Numbered from the stretch's first letter, positions 1-10,382 are shown. The stretch is 64,000 nt of DNA from an uncultured Bacilli bacterium (GCA_934086775.1 CAKOIJ010000001.1:4141-68140), one strand, 5' to 3'. Numbers and translations are program-made. Notes: a model not told the origin generated them from the letters alone.

Positions 1-948
1 TGCATCTTCATCAAACTGTTTAACTCTCTGTGATTTACCATCTCCACTAGCCCCGTGCAAGAATACTGGAATATCACTAAGCAAAGCACCTTTAATTATT
101 TCTTCTTCACTTACTTTATCAAAGTTAAAGTTATATGGATTTATTTTTTTAAGTTTCTTAATGATTTTTTCATTTGGAATACTAAATGATATCTTTTGAT
201 TTAAAAAATCATTAGTAATATCATTTTTAAAAGTATTATTTAAATATTTATATAGAGTTGTATTTTCAAAATTACCATCATACTTTATTTTCTTCTTATC
301 TAATTCCATACCAAATAATATCTTTTCACTTACAGCACTATAGTCGCCACAAAGAAGCCAACTAATAGGTTCTACTTTAATCCAAACAACTGTACCATCA
401 CTATAATTATTGCCATCACTCAAAGTAAGATAAGAATTAATCGCATATTTAAATGATTGCTGATCAATGGTAAATCTAATATATTTATATCCCTTGTACT
501 CATATTCTTCAAAAGTTCTTTTACCATAGTGGTAAACTTTTCCTGTCTTTTTTAAATTATCATAATTAAATTCTTCTTCTAACTTTTTTTGATTATCTGC
601 GGCGTTTTGAGGATAATAACCATACTCCAACTCATGATTATTATTCTTATTCATAAATAAGTTTGCTTCTTCGCCATTTGTAAATAATTTATCATTAACT
701 ATAACTGGTTTTATTCCACCACTGTCAGAGGGTGATGAACGAAATGTTCCATATCCAGTTACTGTGAAACCTTCGCCATCAAAACCAGTTTTAGTCCAAA
801 AACTTCCTTTTTCAGGTCCTGCACCAGTAAATGTGCTCGTTCTATCCCAGTTACAACCACCAGTCAAAATGGCAAAATCAGTTAAAACACGTCCATTCTT
901 TTTTATTTCATTTGTACATGAAACTTGGTCTAATAATGTTATATACAT
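1..948 (-). CDS. Hypothetical protein, C-terminus beyond window. ATG at 946-948 follows SD aaggaaa. At least 316 aa, with a P-loop-like motif FLHGASGDGKS near the window edge
   Basis: Manual reverse translation of 1..948 gives an uninterrupted ORF MYITLLDQVSCTNEIKK...VFLHGASGDGKSQRVKQFDEDA that runs off the window. It is absent from the ORF track because it has no in-window stop. Confidence 0.45.
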   Translation of the reverse strand, partial: MYITLLDQVSCTNEIKKNGRVLTDFAILTGGCNWDRTSTFTGAGPEKGSFWTKTGFDGEGFTVTGYGTFRSSPSDSGGIKPVIVNDKLFTNGEEANLFMNKNNNHELEYGYYPQNAADNQKKLEEEFNYDNLKKTGKVYHYGKRTFEEYEYKGYKYIRFTIDQQSFKYAINSYLTLSDGNNYSDGTVVWIKVEPISWLLCGDYSAVSEKILFGMELDKKKIKYDGNFENTTLYKYLNNTFKNDITNDFLNQKISFSIPNEKIIKKLKKINPYNFNFDKVSEEEIIKGALLSDIPVFLHGASGDGKSQRVKQFDEDA

Positions 949-974
949 AATTATTTCCTTTCTATTTTTTTAAT

Positions 975-1556
975 ACCTTTACATTTTGATCATTTTTTGC
1001 AAAAGTTTGTCCTCTTAATATGTCTTTAGAAAATTCTTCATCCATAAACTTTTTGATAAATGTATTTTTAAAATCTTCATCATATATTTTTTACCTTTAT
1101 AATAATAAACAATATGATTAGGATTTATACTTATTTCAGCTGTCAAAGTATCATTTATTGGTAGTTCTTCGCTTTTTAAAATATTAGCTATATAGGCAGC
1201 TTCTAATTCTTGTTGTAATAATCCAGGCGCAGCATCCTGTGGATATTCTAAATAAAAAGTTACATGGGCATCAATTCATCTTTAGTAAAATTACTAATAC
1301 TAGCTCCTTCTAAAATTGGTCTAACGCCTATCCATTCTTCAGTAGCATAAGTCACAGTAGCCTCATCCCAATTTGGTGTACAATAAACAACTCCACCAGA
1401 TGAATGAGAGTCTTTAGTCCAATATTCACCATGAAATTCGCCATCATCTGAACATATTGCTTCATTTATTAAAGTGTAATCTGTTACTTTAGCATAATAT
1501 TTTGCTGCTATTCGCAATTTAGTCATTTCTTCATAACTTGGTATTGTAACATGCAT
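975..1556 (-). pseudogene. Frameshifted hypothetical gene. The 98-aa ORF continues in another frame (HVTFYLEYPQDAAPG...) and shifts again at an A-run near 1085
   Basis: Three consecutive ORF fragments in different frames read as one protein (…KDELMPM / HVTFYLEYPQ…YYYKGKKY / DDEDFKNTFIKKFMDEEF…VLKK*). Confidence 0.4.
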
Positions 1557-1659
1557 AAAACATCCCCCTTAAATTAGTTCTTTATTTTATACTATTTTCA
1601 CTAAAAAGTCAACTATCCCGTACATAATTTTATCCAAAAATAAAGAACCTTTAAGGCTC

Positions 1660-2244
1660 TTAAATAACTAATCTAACTAAATAAGCATTTACAAATACTT
1701 CAAGTAAAGTTCCTACTAAAGATATAACAATTCCTATTAAAAATAATAAGAGTACTTTTTTAACAAATATCTTTAAATTAATACTTTCTTCATTGTAAGT
1801 GGCTTTCATTAATTTATAACTAATATTAAGCATTATAGATGAATAAATAATTATGCTAATAGAAATAAATATAACATGAGGAAACAAACTAACTAGCATA
1901 AGTAAAATGCCTTTAGTTTTAAATGTAAGTATTATACTAGACATTAAAAATCCTATTTGGAGACCTTTGTAATAGTTAACGAATATAATTAAAGGACTAA
2001 ATAAATAAAATATTCCACTTATAGTAATAATTATGAAGTAAATAATATTATACTTAAAACTTGTTAAAAAAGAATTTATACTTACTTTACTATTAAAACA
2101 ATTAATATAAGAATTTATTTCATCTTTAATAATCATTTTATCTAAAGATGAAGTTATTAAAAGAAAAACTACTCCAGATAGTATTCCAAGTACTAGTAAA
2201 ATGCTTGCTATTTTAATTATTTTATCATTTATTAATTTTTTCAT
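1660..2244 (-). CDS. Polytopic membrane protein with SpoIIM-like architecture (about 194 aa, 5 predicted TM, soluble loop after TM1)
   Basis: Size and topology resemble stage II sporulation protein M; sporulation gene neighbourhood. Confidence 0.35.
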   Translation of the reverse strand: MKKLINDKIIKIASILLVLGILSGVVFLLITSSLDKMIIKDEINSYINCFNSKVSINSFLTSFKYNIIYFIIITISGIFYLFSPLIIFVNYYKGLQIGFLMSSIILTFKTKGILLMLVSLFPHVIFISISIIIYSSIMLNISYKLMKATYNEESINLKIFVKKVLLLFLIGIVISLVGTLLEVFVNAYLVRLVI

Positions 2245-2310
2245 ACTAAATTATATTAGGCCTCTTTAAATTTTATTCAAAATATTATATAATTTTATTG
2301 GTGAAGTAAA

Positions 2311-2421
2311 AATGAAAAAAAAGACTAAGCAAAAAATACTTAGAGTATTAGTTTGGATAGTCACTATAATTATTCTTTTATTCTTTATAGGTGGAGGAAT
2401 AATTACTATCTTAAGTAGATA
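2311..2421 (+). CDS. Small membrane protein (36 aa, MKKKTKQKILRVLVWIVTIIILLFFIGGGIITILSR), not in ORF track
   Basis: ATG preceded by ggtgaagtaaaa. Single TM. Followed by palindrome GTAGATAATTATCTAC plus T-run (2411..2437), a bidirectional terminator. Confidence 0.3.
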
Positions 2422-2427
2422 AATTAT

Positions 2428-2814
2428 CTACTTTTTTTCATATTTTAAAGTAAATTCATCTTCATTAACTAGTGTGAATCCACCATTTAATAAACTAACA
2501 TTTATTTTATAATATGATCTTTCAATAGTATTGTTTACACTTTTTATTTTAAGGGCAATATCATTGTTAATTTTAATAAGATGAACAGAATAAACTTGAT
2601 TATCTTTATTTGATACAACAATAGAAATTGTATCATCAGTTATGAATGATGTAACTCTCTTTTTTTCACCCATAAAAAGAATATCTATATTTAAAAAAAT
2701 ATCTTTTACTTCAAGAGTGCTTAAATCAAAATAAGACACTCCAATAAGTTCACCTATTATATTTAATTTATTAAGTATAAAACCGGGAAAATTATTTAGA
2801 TCAATATTAGACAT
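2428..2814 (-). CDS. Hypothetical protein (128 aa)
   Basis: Intact ORF, no recognisable motif. Confidence 0.4.
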   Translation of the reverse strand: MSNIDLNNFPGFILNKLNIIGELIGVSYFDLSTLEVKDIFLNIDILFMGEKKRVTSFITDDTISIVVSNKDNQVYSVHLIKINNDIALKIKSVNNTIERSYYKINVSLLNGGFTLVNEDEFTLKYEKK

Positions 2815-2825
2815 ACTATACCTCC

Positions 2826-3020
2826 TTATTTTTTTAACTTTAAAGCAAATTCTTTAGTATCATCATTAGTAGTTATTGCTAACTCAACTGGTACTTCTTT
2901 ATTACTAATAACCTCTATACGAACTTTTCCATCATCATATAGAGTTGTTTTTACAGTATAATCATTATCATACACTGTATAATAGTCTCTTTTTATATAT
3001 AAAGCGTTACTCATATACAT
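2826..3020 (-). CDS. Hypothetical small protein (64 aa)
   Basis: Intact ORF co-oriented with neighbour. Confidence 0.3.
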   Translation of the reverse strand: MYMSNALYIKRDYYTVYDNDYTVKTTLYDDGKVRIEVISNKEVPVELAITTNDDTKEFALKLKK

Positions 3021-3088
3021 TCCTCCCTTTATGAGTATTTATTATAAACTAACCAAAATAAAAAAGCAAGTTCTTGCTTATTTTATTC

Positions 3089-3802
3089 TTATTTTTTAGT
3101 ATTTCCGCCCATTCTTCTATCTCTTTTATTATAAATTTCTATTGCTTTATCAAATTCTTTTTCTTTGAAATCAGGAAAATATGTATCTGGGAAATACATT
3201 TCTGCATAGGCAAGACTGTAAAGCATAAAGTTAGACACTCTTATCTCACCACTTGTTCTTATAAGTAAATCCATGTAAGGTAAACTATTATATAAGTTAT
3301 CTCTAAATAGTTCCTCATTTATATCATCTATTTTTATATTTCCGTTTAATACTTCATTAACTATTTTCTTAGTAGTATCAACTATCTCAGCTTGTCCTCC
3401 ATAGTTAAGACAAATATTAAGTATTCCGCCATCATTTTTACTAGTTTTACTTTCTAACTCTATCATAGCACTATAAACTTTATCACTTAGTGGTTCTTTC
3501 CTTCCAGAAAAAACTACTTTTATATTGTTTTGATTAAATTCTTTTATACTAGACTTAAACCCTTTTAAAAATAAGTTCATTAAATAATCTACTTCTTCAC
3601 TACTTCTTTTAAAGTTTTCAGTAGAAAAAGCAAAGACACTTAAAACTTTAACACCTTGTTTAAAAGCATGTTTGGAAAGTATTTTTAATGTATTAAAGCC
3701 CTCCTTATGTCCAAGGCTTGTTTTAAGTCCTCTTTCTTTAGCCCATCTTCTATTACCATCTAGTATAATACCAACATGTGTAGGAATATTTAAATTATCC
3801 AT
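3089..3802 (-). CDS. uppS: Isoprenyl transferase / undecaprenyl diphosphate synthase
   Basis: GIILDGNRRWA and LSVFAFSTENFKR motifs, length 237 aa. Confidence 0.9.
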   Translation of the reverse strand: MDNLNIPTHVGIILDGNRRWAKERGLKTSLGHKEGFNTLKILSKHAFKQGVKVLSVFAFSTENFKRSSEEVDYLMNLFLKGFKSSIKEFNQNNIKVVFSGRKEPLSDKVYSAMIELESKTSKNDGGILNICLNYGGQAEIVDTTKKIVNEVLNGNIKIDDINEELFRDNLYNSLPYMDLLIRTSGEIRVSNFMLYSLAYAEMYFPDTYFPDFKEKEFDKAIEIYNKRDRRMGGNTKK

Positions 3803-3803
3803 A

Positions 3804-5930
3804 TTAATTCTCCTTTATTAAAGTAAGTGATACTTTATTTTTATCTTTTTCAATTTTGTCTACATAAACTTTAACTATATCTCCAACATTTACTATTTCA
3901 AGTGGGTCACTTACAAATTTTTTACTCATTTTAGATATGTGTAAAAGTGCATCATCATGGAGTCCTATATCAATAAAAGCGCCAAAGGAAGCAACATTTC
4001 TAACAGTACCTTCTAGTTCTTCTCCTACTTTTAAGTCGTTAATAGTAAGAATATTACTTTTAAGAAGTGGCATTTCAAGTTCATCTCTAGGATCCATTCC
4101 TGGCTCTTTTAACTCTTTAATAATGCTCTCAAGTAAGTATATGTTTATATTAAGTTCCTTATTTAATTTATTTATATCAAGAGTATTAAGCACTTCTTTA
4201 AATTCATTAGTTTGTATATCTTTTAAATCTAAATTTAAATGTTTTATTACTTTTAAAGCTTCATTATAACTTTCTGGATGCACTCCAGTATTATCAAGAG
4301 GATTTACTCCTATAACCCTTAAAAAGCCCACTGACTGTTCATATATTTTAGGGGTAATACCTTTAATACTTTTAAGCTCTTCTCTCTTAGTAAACTTATT
4401 ATTTACTTTATAAGCCATAATACTTTCTACTGCTTTTTTAGTCATTCCACTTATTCTTTTTAAAATACTAGAAGACGCTGTATTAATGTTTACTCCAACT
4501 TTATTTACAACATTTTCTACTGTATAATCAAGTGCTTCTCCTAAATTCTTTTGGTTAACATCATATTGATACTCTCCTACTCCAATACTTTTAGGATCTA
4601 TTTTAACAAGTTCACTTAATGGATCTTGTACTCTTCTTCCAATTGAAACTGCACTTCTTTTTTCAACAGTTAAATCAGGGAATTCTTCTATTGCTAAATT
4701 ACTGGCACTATAGACACTTGCGCCTGCTTCACTAGTAATAATATATTTGACATCTAAACCTTTTATTGCTTCAGCAACAAAGCTTTCGCTTTCTCTAGAA
4801 GCAGTACCATTACCTATAGCAATTAAATTAATATCATGCTTTAAAATCATTTCTCTTAGTGCTTTTGTACTGCCTATTTTGTCATTCTTAGGTTCATGAG
4901 GATATATTACTCCTATCTCTAAAAGATTACCGTTTTCATCAAGAGCAGCAAGTTTACATCCAGTTCTAAATGCCGGATCAAAACCTAGTACTCTAGTACC
5001 TTTGATAGGCCTAGTAAGAAGTAAATTATATAAATTTTTACTAAAAGTACCAATAGCTTTTTCTTCACTTTTAAATGTTATTTCACTTCTGACTTCTCTT
5101 TCAATACTTGGAATAATTAATCTTTTTAAACTATCTTTTATAGATGTTTTAACAACATCTATGACAAAAGAACTATCGTTTTTAATTACTTTATTTTCTA
5201 AAAATGAAATAATATCTTCTATATTATAATCTAAATTAACAGAAATAACTCCTTCTTTTTCAGCACGATTTATTGCCAAACATCTATAGTGTTTTAAATA
5301 TTTAAATTGTTCTTTAAAATTATAATACATCTCATATGTTTTATTTTCATCTATAGCATTTTTCTTTATTTTAGTTTCAATAAAAGCCTTATTATAGATA
5401 TAATTTCTTATCCATTTTCTATAGTATGCATTATCGCTTATCCATTCACTTATAATATATCCAGCATTAGTTAAAGCTTTTTCTTTATCCATATTATATG
5501 GTTTAACAAGTAAATCTAAATCACCAGTAGTAGGAAAAGACATAATCTTTTTAGCAAGAGGTTCGAGTCCCATTTTTATTGCTTCTGTTCCTTTAGTTTT
5601 TTTCTTTTCTTTATAAGGTAAATATAAGTCTTCTACTTCAACTAATTTAGTTTTACTCATTATCTCATTTTTTAACTCTTGAGTAAGCATTCCTTTTTCA
5701 TCTATTAGCTTTATAACAGATAACTTTCTTTCTAAAAGGTTCATATTTCTTTTATATTCATCACTTATTAATTTAATTTCTTCTTCGTTTAAATTATCTG
5801 TTACTTCCTTTCTATATCTTGCAATAAAAGGGATAGTAGCTCCTTCTTCAAGTAATTTTAATGCACTGCTGATTCTTTTTTCACTTATATTAATTTCTTT
5901 ACTTAAATTTTTAATTAATTCTTCATTCAT
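3804..5930 (-). CDS. tex: Transcription accessory protein Tex (YqgF/RuvC-like, HhH and C-terminal S1 domains)
   Basis: 708 aa. C-terminal S1 (GTVRNVASFGAFIDIG), central YqgF-like region. Confidence 0.9.
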   Translation of the reverse strand: MNEELIKNLSKEINISEKRISSALKLLEEGATIPFIARYRKEVTDNLNEEEIKLISDEYKRNMNLLERKLSVIKLIDEKGMLTQELKNEIMSKTKLVEVEDLYLPYKEKKKTKGTEAIKMGLEPLAKKIMSFPTTGDLDLLVKPYNMDKEKALTNAGYIISEWISDNAYYRKWIRNYIYNKAFIETKIKKNAIDENKTYEMYYNFKEQFKYLKHYRCLAINRAEKEGVISVNLDYNIEDIISFLENKVIKNDSSFVIDVVKTSIKDSLKRLIIPSIEREVRSEITFKSEEKAIGTFSKNLYNLLLTRPIKGTRVLGFDPAFRTGCKLAALDENGNLLEIGVIYPHEPKNDKIGSTKALREMILKHDINLIAIGNGTASRESESFVAEAIKGLDVKYIITSEAGASVYSASNLAIEEFPDLTVEKRSAVSIGRRVQDPLSELVKIDPKSIGVGEYQYDVNQKNLGEALDYTVENVVNKVGVNINTASSSILKRISGMTKKAVESIMAYKVNNKFTKREELKSIKGITPKIYEQSVGFLRVIGVNPLDNTGVHPESYNEALKVIKHLNLDLKDIQTNEFKEVLNTLDINKLNKELNINIYLLESIIKELKEPGMDPRDELEMPLLKSNILTINDLKVGEELEGTVRNVASFGAFIDIGLHDDALLHISKMSKKFVSDPLEIVNVGDIVKVYVDKIEKDKNKVSLTLIKEN

Positions 5931-6188
5931 AAATAAAACTCCTTCTTATTCATTATATAATAAATAAAGAATAACTACAAATTAAATAGTAATTTAAATG
6001 TAAAGAAAAAACAAGGTTTAAATATCTTGTTTCTATCTTAATTTTCTTTTTAATTTTAATTCATTATCATTAATAAATATATAATCATGATAATTATCAA
6101 GTAGATTACTATTTGAATCTATTCGATCATGTGAATGCCCTTTAGGAGAATCAGAGGCAACGTATACATCTCTTGTTCCATCTCCTCT

Positions 6189-6869
6189 TTATTTATTTAA
6201 TATATTTTCATCTTCACTATACGAATCGATATATTTTATATTATCTCTTATTGCTCCATTTATATCTTTTATATTTTTTTTAAAAAGTGCAATAGAATTA
6301 TAACCTTTATCAAAGTATAAAGTCATAAATATATCTTCGTTAGGTGTTTCATCTAGGAGTTCAAATTTTAGTCCTTCATTATAATATACTAATAAATAGT
6401 TAGCACTAGACTTTAGAAAAATTTTCCCAATTTTATCAAATTCTTCATTATATTTTAGAGTCCAATCATCATTTTTAATTACTTCATTTTTCTTATTAAT
6501 ATTGCGTTCATATCTTAAAGTAAGTTTATTATCTTCAATTTTACATTTATAATCCGGTCCAAAATTTGGAAGTGGATCACCTTCTATAAAAAATAATTCA
6601 ATATCTGTATAACCAAGTGATGGGTTAGTAGCATCTTCTAGTAATTTATACTCTTCTTCATTAATCTCTCTAATATCTAAAACAATATAATCGTTCTTAC
6701 TATACTTTAATATTGGTAATTTTATTGTAATAACATTGTTGGTTTTTGAATTCTCTATATCTAAATAAGCATTCATAAGCATCTTCCTTTCATCTTCATA
6801 CGCACAGCCGTTCATATTATTCTTTATGTTTCCTTCTACTTTTCTAAAATATAAATCTTCACTACTCAT
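6189..6869 (-). CDS. Hypothetical cytoplasmic protein (226 aa)
   Basis: Intact ORF, no signal peptide, no recognisable domain. Confidence 0.45.
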   Translation of the reverse strand: MSSEDLYFRKVEGNIKNNMNGCAYEDERKMLMNAYLDIENSKTNNVITIKLPILKYSKNDYIVLDIREINEEEYKLLEDATNPSLGYTDIELFFIEGDPLPNFGPDYKCKIEDNKLTLRYERNINKKNEVIKNDDWTLKYNEEFDKIGKIFLKSSANYLLVYYNEGLKFELLDETPNEDIFMTLYFDKGYNSIALFKKNIKDINGAIRDNIKYIDSYSEDENILNK

Positions 6870-6928
6870 TAGTAAACTCCTCTCCTAATAATTTATTTAT
6901 AATACTTTAGTCATTATTAAATAAATTA

Positions 6929-7219
6929 TTATTTTTCAATATAATCAATCACCTCATTAGTTTCATCATTTATTATTTCTATTCTGTAATATTCTTTTTT
7001 ATATAATTTTTTATAGAATTCAAATGCAAGTTCTAGTTCTTTTTTTGTAGTCATATTTTTTTCATCAAGTTTATAAAACTCATTCCAGTCCATTAAGCCA
7101 TCAAAATCATTATATAAACAAGTAGGCGTTTTGCCTTTGTCACCACATAAATCAAATGTGCCGTCTCTAAAATAAACTTTAAATCTATAATGCATATGTA
7201 TTTTCCTTTCTATTTTCAC
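6929..7219 (-). CDS. Hypothetical protein (96 aa)
   Basis: Intact ORF. Confidence 0.4.
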   Translation of the reverse strand: MKIERKIHMHYRFKVYFRDGTFDLCGDKGKTPTCLYNDFDGLMDWNEFYKLDEKNMTTKKELELAFEFYKKLYKKEYYRIEIINDETNEVIDYIEK

Positions 7220-7228
7220 TTTTCAATA

Positions 7229-7465
7229 TTATATTGGCACATTTCTAAATAAAAAACTTCTTTCACTGAGCCAAAGTTTTACCAATTTTAAAGGGTTATT
7301 AAAACATCTTGGTTCAATAAAAAAAGTATTTAAAGAAATATCTTTTAATTTTAACAAGTCATTTGAAACATTAATAGTGGATTTATTTTTATAAAATTCT
7401 TTCATTTTCAAATCTCCAATTTTTTCTTTGATATTTATATTACTACATAAATAGATAGTTGTCAA
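7229..7465 (-). CDS. Hypothetical small protein (78 aa), doubtful
   Basis: Short ORF only. Confidence 0.2.
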   Translation of the reverse strand: MTTIYLCSNINIKEKIGDLKMKEFYKNKSTINVSNDLLKLKDISLNTFFIEPRCFNNPLKLVKLWLSERSFLFRNVPI

Positions 7466-7580
7466 TTATAACCAGAAAGTTAAGTGTTAGTATATTTTTT
7501 TGCCGTAAATGAAATATTTTTGTATATTTGCTAATTATTTTTTTATTATAGAAGATATTAATAATAACATCAGTTATTTT

Positions 7581-9221
7581 TTATAATTCAGCATTTTTTT
7601 CTTTATAATAGTCATAATTACCATGGTACAAAATCATTCTGCCGTTTTTGAACTCATATATCTTATTTGCAAATTTATTTATAAAAAACCTGTCGTGCGA
7701 AACAAAAATAAACGTCCCTTCATATGACTCAATACTATCTTCTAGAATTTCTTTAGTTTCCATATCGATATGATTTGTAGGCTCATCAAATATAATACAA
7801 TTCATTGATTTTTGTAAGAGTATTGATAGCATAAATCTTATTTTTTCTCCTTCAGATAAGCGACCTATTTTTTTGTTAACATTCTCTTGATAAAAATGAT
7901 ATCTACTAAGAATTCTTCTGGAAGTTTCATAATCTTTTCCTGCTTCCAATTGAAAATAATCTATAACTTTTAAGTCTGGATTTTTAAATTCTATGAACTG
8001 AGGCAAATAACCAACTCTCGTACTAGGTCCAGTTATTATTTCTCCAGTATATTGTAATTGTTGATTACCTAGAATTGTATTAATAAACGTTGATTTACCA
8101 CTTCCATTTGAGCCTATAAGTGCTACTCTATCTTTATAAACTATACTTGCGTTAACATCATCTAATATCTTTTCGCCGTCAGGTTTATAAACAGTTAAAT
8201 CTTTTACTTCGAAAACCGTTTTACTAATCTTTTCTTCTTCTTTAAAATCAATATTTAACTTCTTTTGTATTCTAGGTTTTTTTACTCCAAAATCTTTTAT
8301 TTTTTGTATTTTTGTTCTTAATTGTTTTGCGCGATCAAACATAACTGAACTTTTTGTTTCATTGGCTTTTTGCAAAAAATATCTTGCTTCTTCTTCTAAC
8401 TTTTTTATTTGCTGTTGCTGTAATTTATAATCGCTCATCTGACGAGAAAATTCCTTTTCTTTAGTTTCTAAAAAAGCAGAATAATTCATGTTATAGAGTT
8501 TTGGTACTTCATCTGCTAAATCCAATATTTTTGTAGACATTTTATCTAAAAAATATCTATCATGAGAAACAACAACTATAGCTCCATTGTATTTTTTTAA
8601 ATAACTTTCTAACCATTCAGTTCTTTCTATATCCAAATGATTTGTTGGCTCATCTAGCAAAAATATATCAGATTTTATTAATAAACACTTTGCTAACTGT
8701 ATTAGTGTTTTTTCTCCACCACTCAAGGTCATAAATTTTTGCTTTAACATTTCTTCATCAATATGTAATCCGTAACAAATTTCCTTTATTCGCGAATCAA
8801 TTTCATAACCACCTAGTCTACCATATTCATCAATTAATTCACAATATCTTTTTAAGTTTTTTTCATAACTAGAATTTTCTGTATCATTTATTAATAGTTC
8901 GTATTTTTTTATTAGTAATTCAGTCTTATTTATCAAAGCAAATGCGTCTTTCATATATTCGTAACATGTTTTATTGCTTTGTTCATCTTGTACTTGTTTT
9001 AAATAAGCTACTTTCATGCCTTTTTTTATACTTACACTTCCTTTGTCATATTTTTCTACTCCGGCAAGTATTTTTATAAGAGTAGATTTCCCACAACCAT
9101 TAGGGCCAACTATTGAAAGAACTTCCCCTTCATTTAAATTAAAAGATACATTAATTAAAATATTTCCATAACCAAAATTTTTATTAACCTTATTAACATT
9201 TAATAGTTCCATAATACTCAC
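7581..9221 (-). CDS. ABC-F family ATPase (two tandem ABC domains, no TMD)
   Basis: Two Walker A motifs (GPNGCGKST, GSNGSGKST) and two LSGGE signatures in 546 aa. Confidence 0.85.
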   Translation of the reverse strand: MSIMELLNVNKVNKNFGYGNILINVSFNLNEGEVLSIVGPNGCGKSTLIKILAGVEKYDKGSVSIKKGMKVAYLKQVQDEQSNKTCYEYMKDAFALINKTELLIKKYELLINDTENSSYEKNLKRYCELIDEYGRLGGYEIDSRIKEICYGLHIDEEMLKQKFMTLSGGEKTLIQLAKCLLIKSDIFLLDEPTNHLDIERTEWLESYLKKYNGAIVVVSHDRYFLDKMSTKILDLADEVPKLYNMNYSAFLETKEKEFSRQMSDYKLQQQQIKKLEEEARYFLQKANETKSSVMFDRAKQLRTKIQKIKDFGVKKPRIQKKLNIDFKEEEKISKTVFEVKDLTVYKPDGEKILDDVNASIVYKDRVALIGSNGSGKSTFINTILGNQQLQYTGEIITGPSTRVGYLPQFIEFKNPDLKVIDYFQLEAGKDYETSRRILSRYHFYQENVNKKIGRLSEGEKIRFMLSILLQKSMNCIIFDEPTNHIDMETKEILEDSIESYEGTFIFVSHDRFFINKFANKIYEFKNGRMILYHGNYDYYKEKNAEL

Positions 9222-9339
9222 AATCCTTTTGTAAATAACAATTTTTATAGTTTTTTAATGTACTAACTTTATGATTAAAAAGTGTACTTATTATAGCACA
9301 CTTTACTTCGTTATGCAAATTTAACAAAGAAAAAAGGAG

Positions 9340-10308
9340 TTATCTTTCTCCTTCTTCTAGCATAGTTCTAATAAATACTGCATATCCCTTTGTAACATCA
9401 TCTATTACTACATGTGTAACTGCACCTATTATTTTACCACCTTGCATAACTGGACTGCCACTCATGCCTTGTACTATACCACCAGTCTTTTCAAGTAAGG
9501 ATTTATCATTTACTTTAAATGATATTGATTTATTAGTATCAATTGAATTTTCATTTACACTAGTAATTTCAATTTCATATTCTTCTATAGTATTTCCTTC
9601 AGTTATAGTCCTTATAACAGCTTTACCAAGCTTAATATCTTCCCATTTAGCAACACTAGTAAGTTCTCTATCTATACTTTTATTATATATACCAAATATG
9701 CCCACACTAGTATTTTTAGTAACTGTACCTAGTTTAGTTTTATAATCTATACTAGCATTTTTAGATCCAACTCTACCATTAATGCTTCTATCTATACCAC
9801 TAACAAATGATTCGTATATTTCTCCTTTTCTAACTTCTACTTTATTATTACTTTCACTAATCATTATTTCATGGCCAAGAGAACCATAAATATTAGTATC
9901 AGGATCAATATAAGTTAAAGTTCCTATACCCGTAACCTTTTCCTTGATATAAAGCCCAGTTTTATATACATTACCATCTTTAACTAAAGATAAAGTAATA
10001 TTTTTAAGTTTATTATTTCTTTTAATTAAAGCGTTAACTTTACCATTTTTGATATTTTTATCAATAATACTAGTCATTTCTTTAATTGAAGAAACACTAG
10101 TGCCTTCTATTTCTAATATGGTGTCCCCTACTTTTAGAGTATCACTAGCTATATATTTATTATTCACCTTATAAAATCCAACAACCACTACCCCTTTAGA
10201 ATAAGCTTCTATTCCAATTGTTTCTCCACCCACTATAATATTTTCAGAGTAAGCAAGCAAATTAACTGGAATAAGAATTATCAATAATAAAAATAATTTC
10301 TTTTTCAT
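9340..10308 (-). CDS. spoIVB: SpoIVB peptidase (S55) with PDZ domain
   Basis: Signal/TM, PDZ region, GTLTYIDPDT…GHEI and GMSGSPV catalytic-serine motif. Confidence 0.8.
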   Translation of the reverse strand: MKKKLFLLLIILIPVNLLAYSENIIVGGETIGIEAYSKGVVVVGFYKVNNKYIASDTLKVGDTILEIEGTSVSSIKEMTSIIDKNIKNGKVNALIKRNNKLKNITLSLVKDGNVYKTGLYIKEKVTGIGTLTYIDPDTNIYGSLGHEIMISESNNKVEVRKGEIYESFVSGIDRSINGRVGSKNASIDYKTKLGTVTKNTSVGIFGIYNKSIDRELTSVAKWEDIKLGKAVIRTITEGNTIEEYEIEITSVNENSIDTNKSISFKVNDKSLLEKTGGIVQGMSGSPVMQGGKIIGAVTHVVIDDVTKGYAVFIRTMLEEGER

Positions 10309-10382
10309 ATACTTCGCCTCTAGTGATAGTATTTGCTAAATATAAATTAAAAAACTACCAATAATTTACTTGGTAGTTTTTA

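Noticed and set aside
764-973. 69-aa plus-strand ORF at the window start
   Set aside because: It lies antisense inside the longer uninterrupted minus-strand ORF 1..948, which has a proper SD.
1660-2244. Confident naming of the 194-aa membrane protein as spoIIM
   Set aside because: The call rests only on size and topology. No invariant SpoIIM motif could be verified by eye, so it is kept as SpoIIM-like at low confidence.
3074-3268. 64-aa plus ORF overlapping uppS
   Set aside because: Antisense to uppS, which has clear motifs.
3937-4269. Plus-strand ORFs of 60-130 aa lying inside long minus-strand genes (3937..4269, 5002..5229, 9464..9745, 10656..10961, 12449..12634, 24816..25136, 25620..25811, 28333..28524, 29049..29384, 30915..31407, 34699..34881, 38484..38723, 43469..43873, 45449..45694, 55718..55987, 57520..57723, 58187..58390, 62238..62426, 63396..63593) and minus ORF 13852..14229 inside the ylbJ-like gene
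   Set aside because: They are antisense to well-supported genes and low-complexity (L/S/I/F-rich, as expected from an AT-rich antisense strand). None has an SD or a motif.
9281-9305. Short palindrome AAGTGT…ACACTT upstream of the spoIVB terminator
   Set aside because: 6-bp arms only, with no U-run. The adjacent GGAG…CTCC hairpin with an A/T run is the better terminator.
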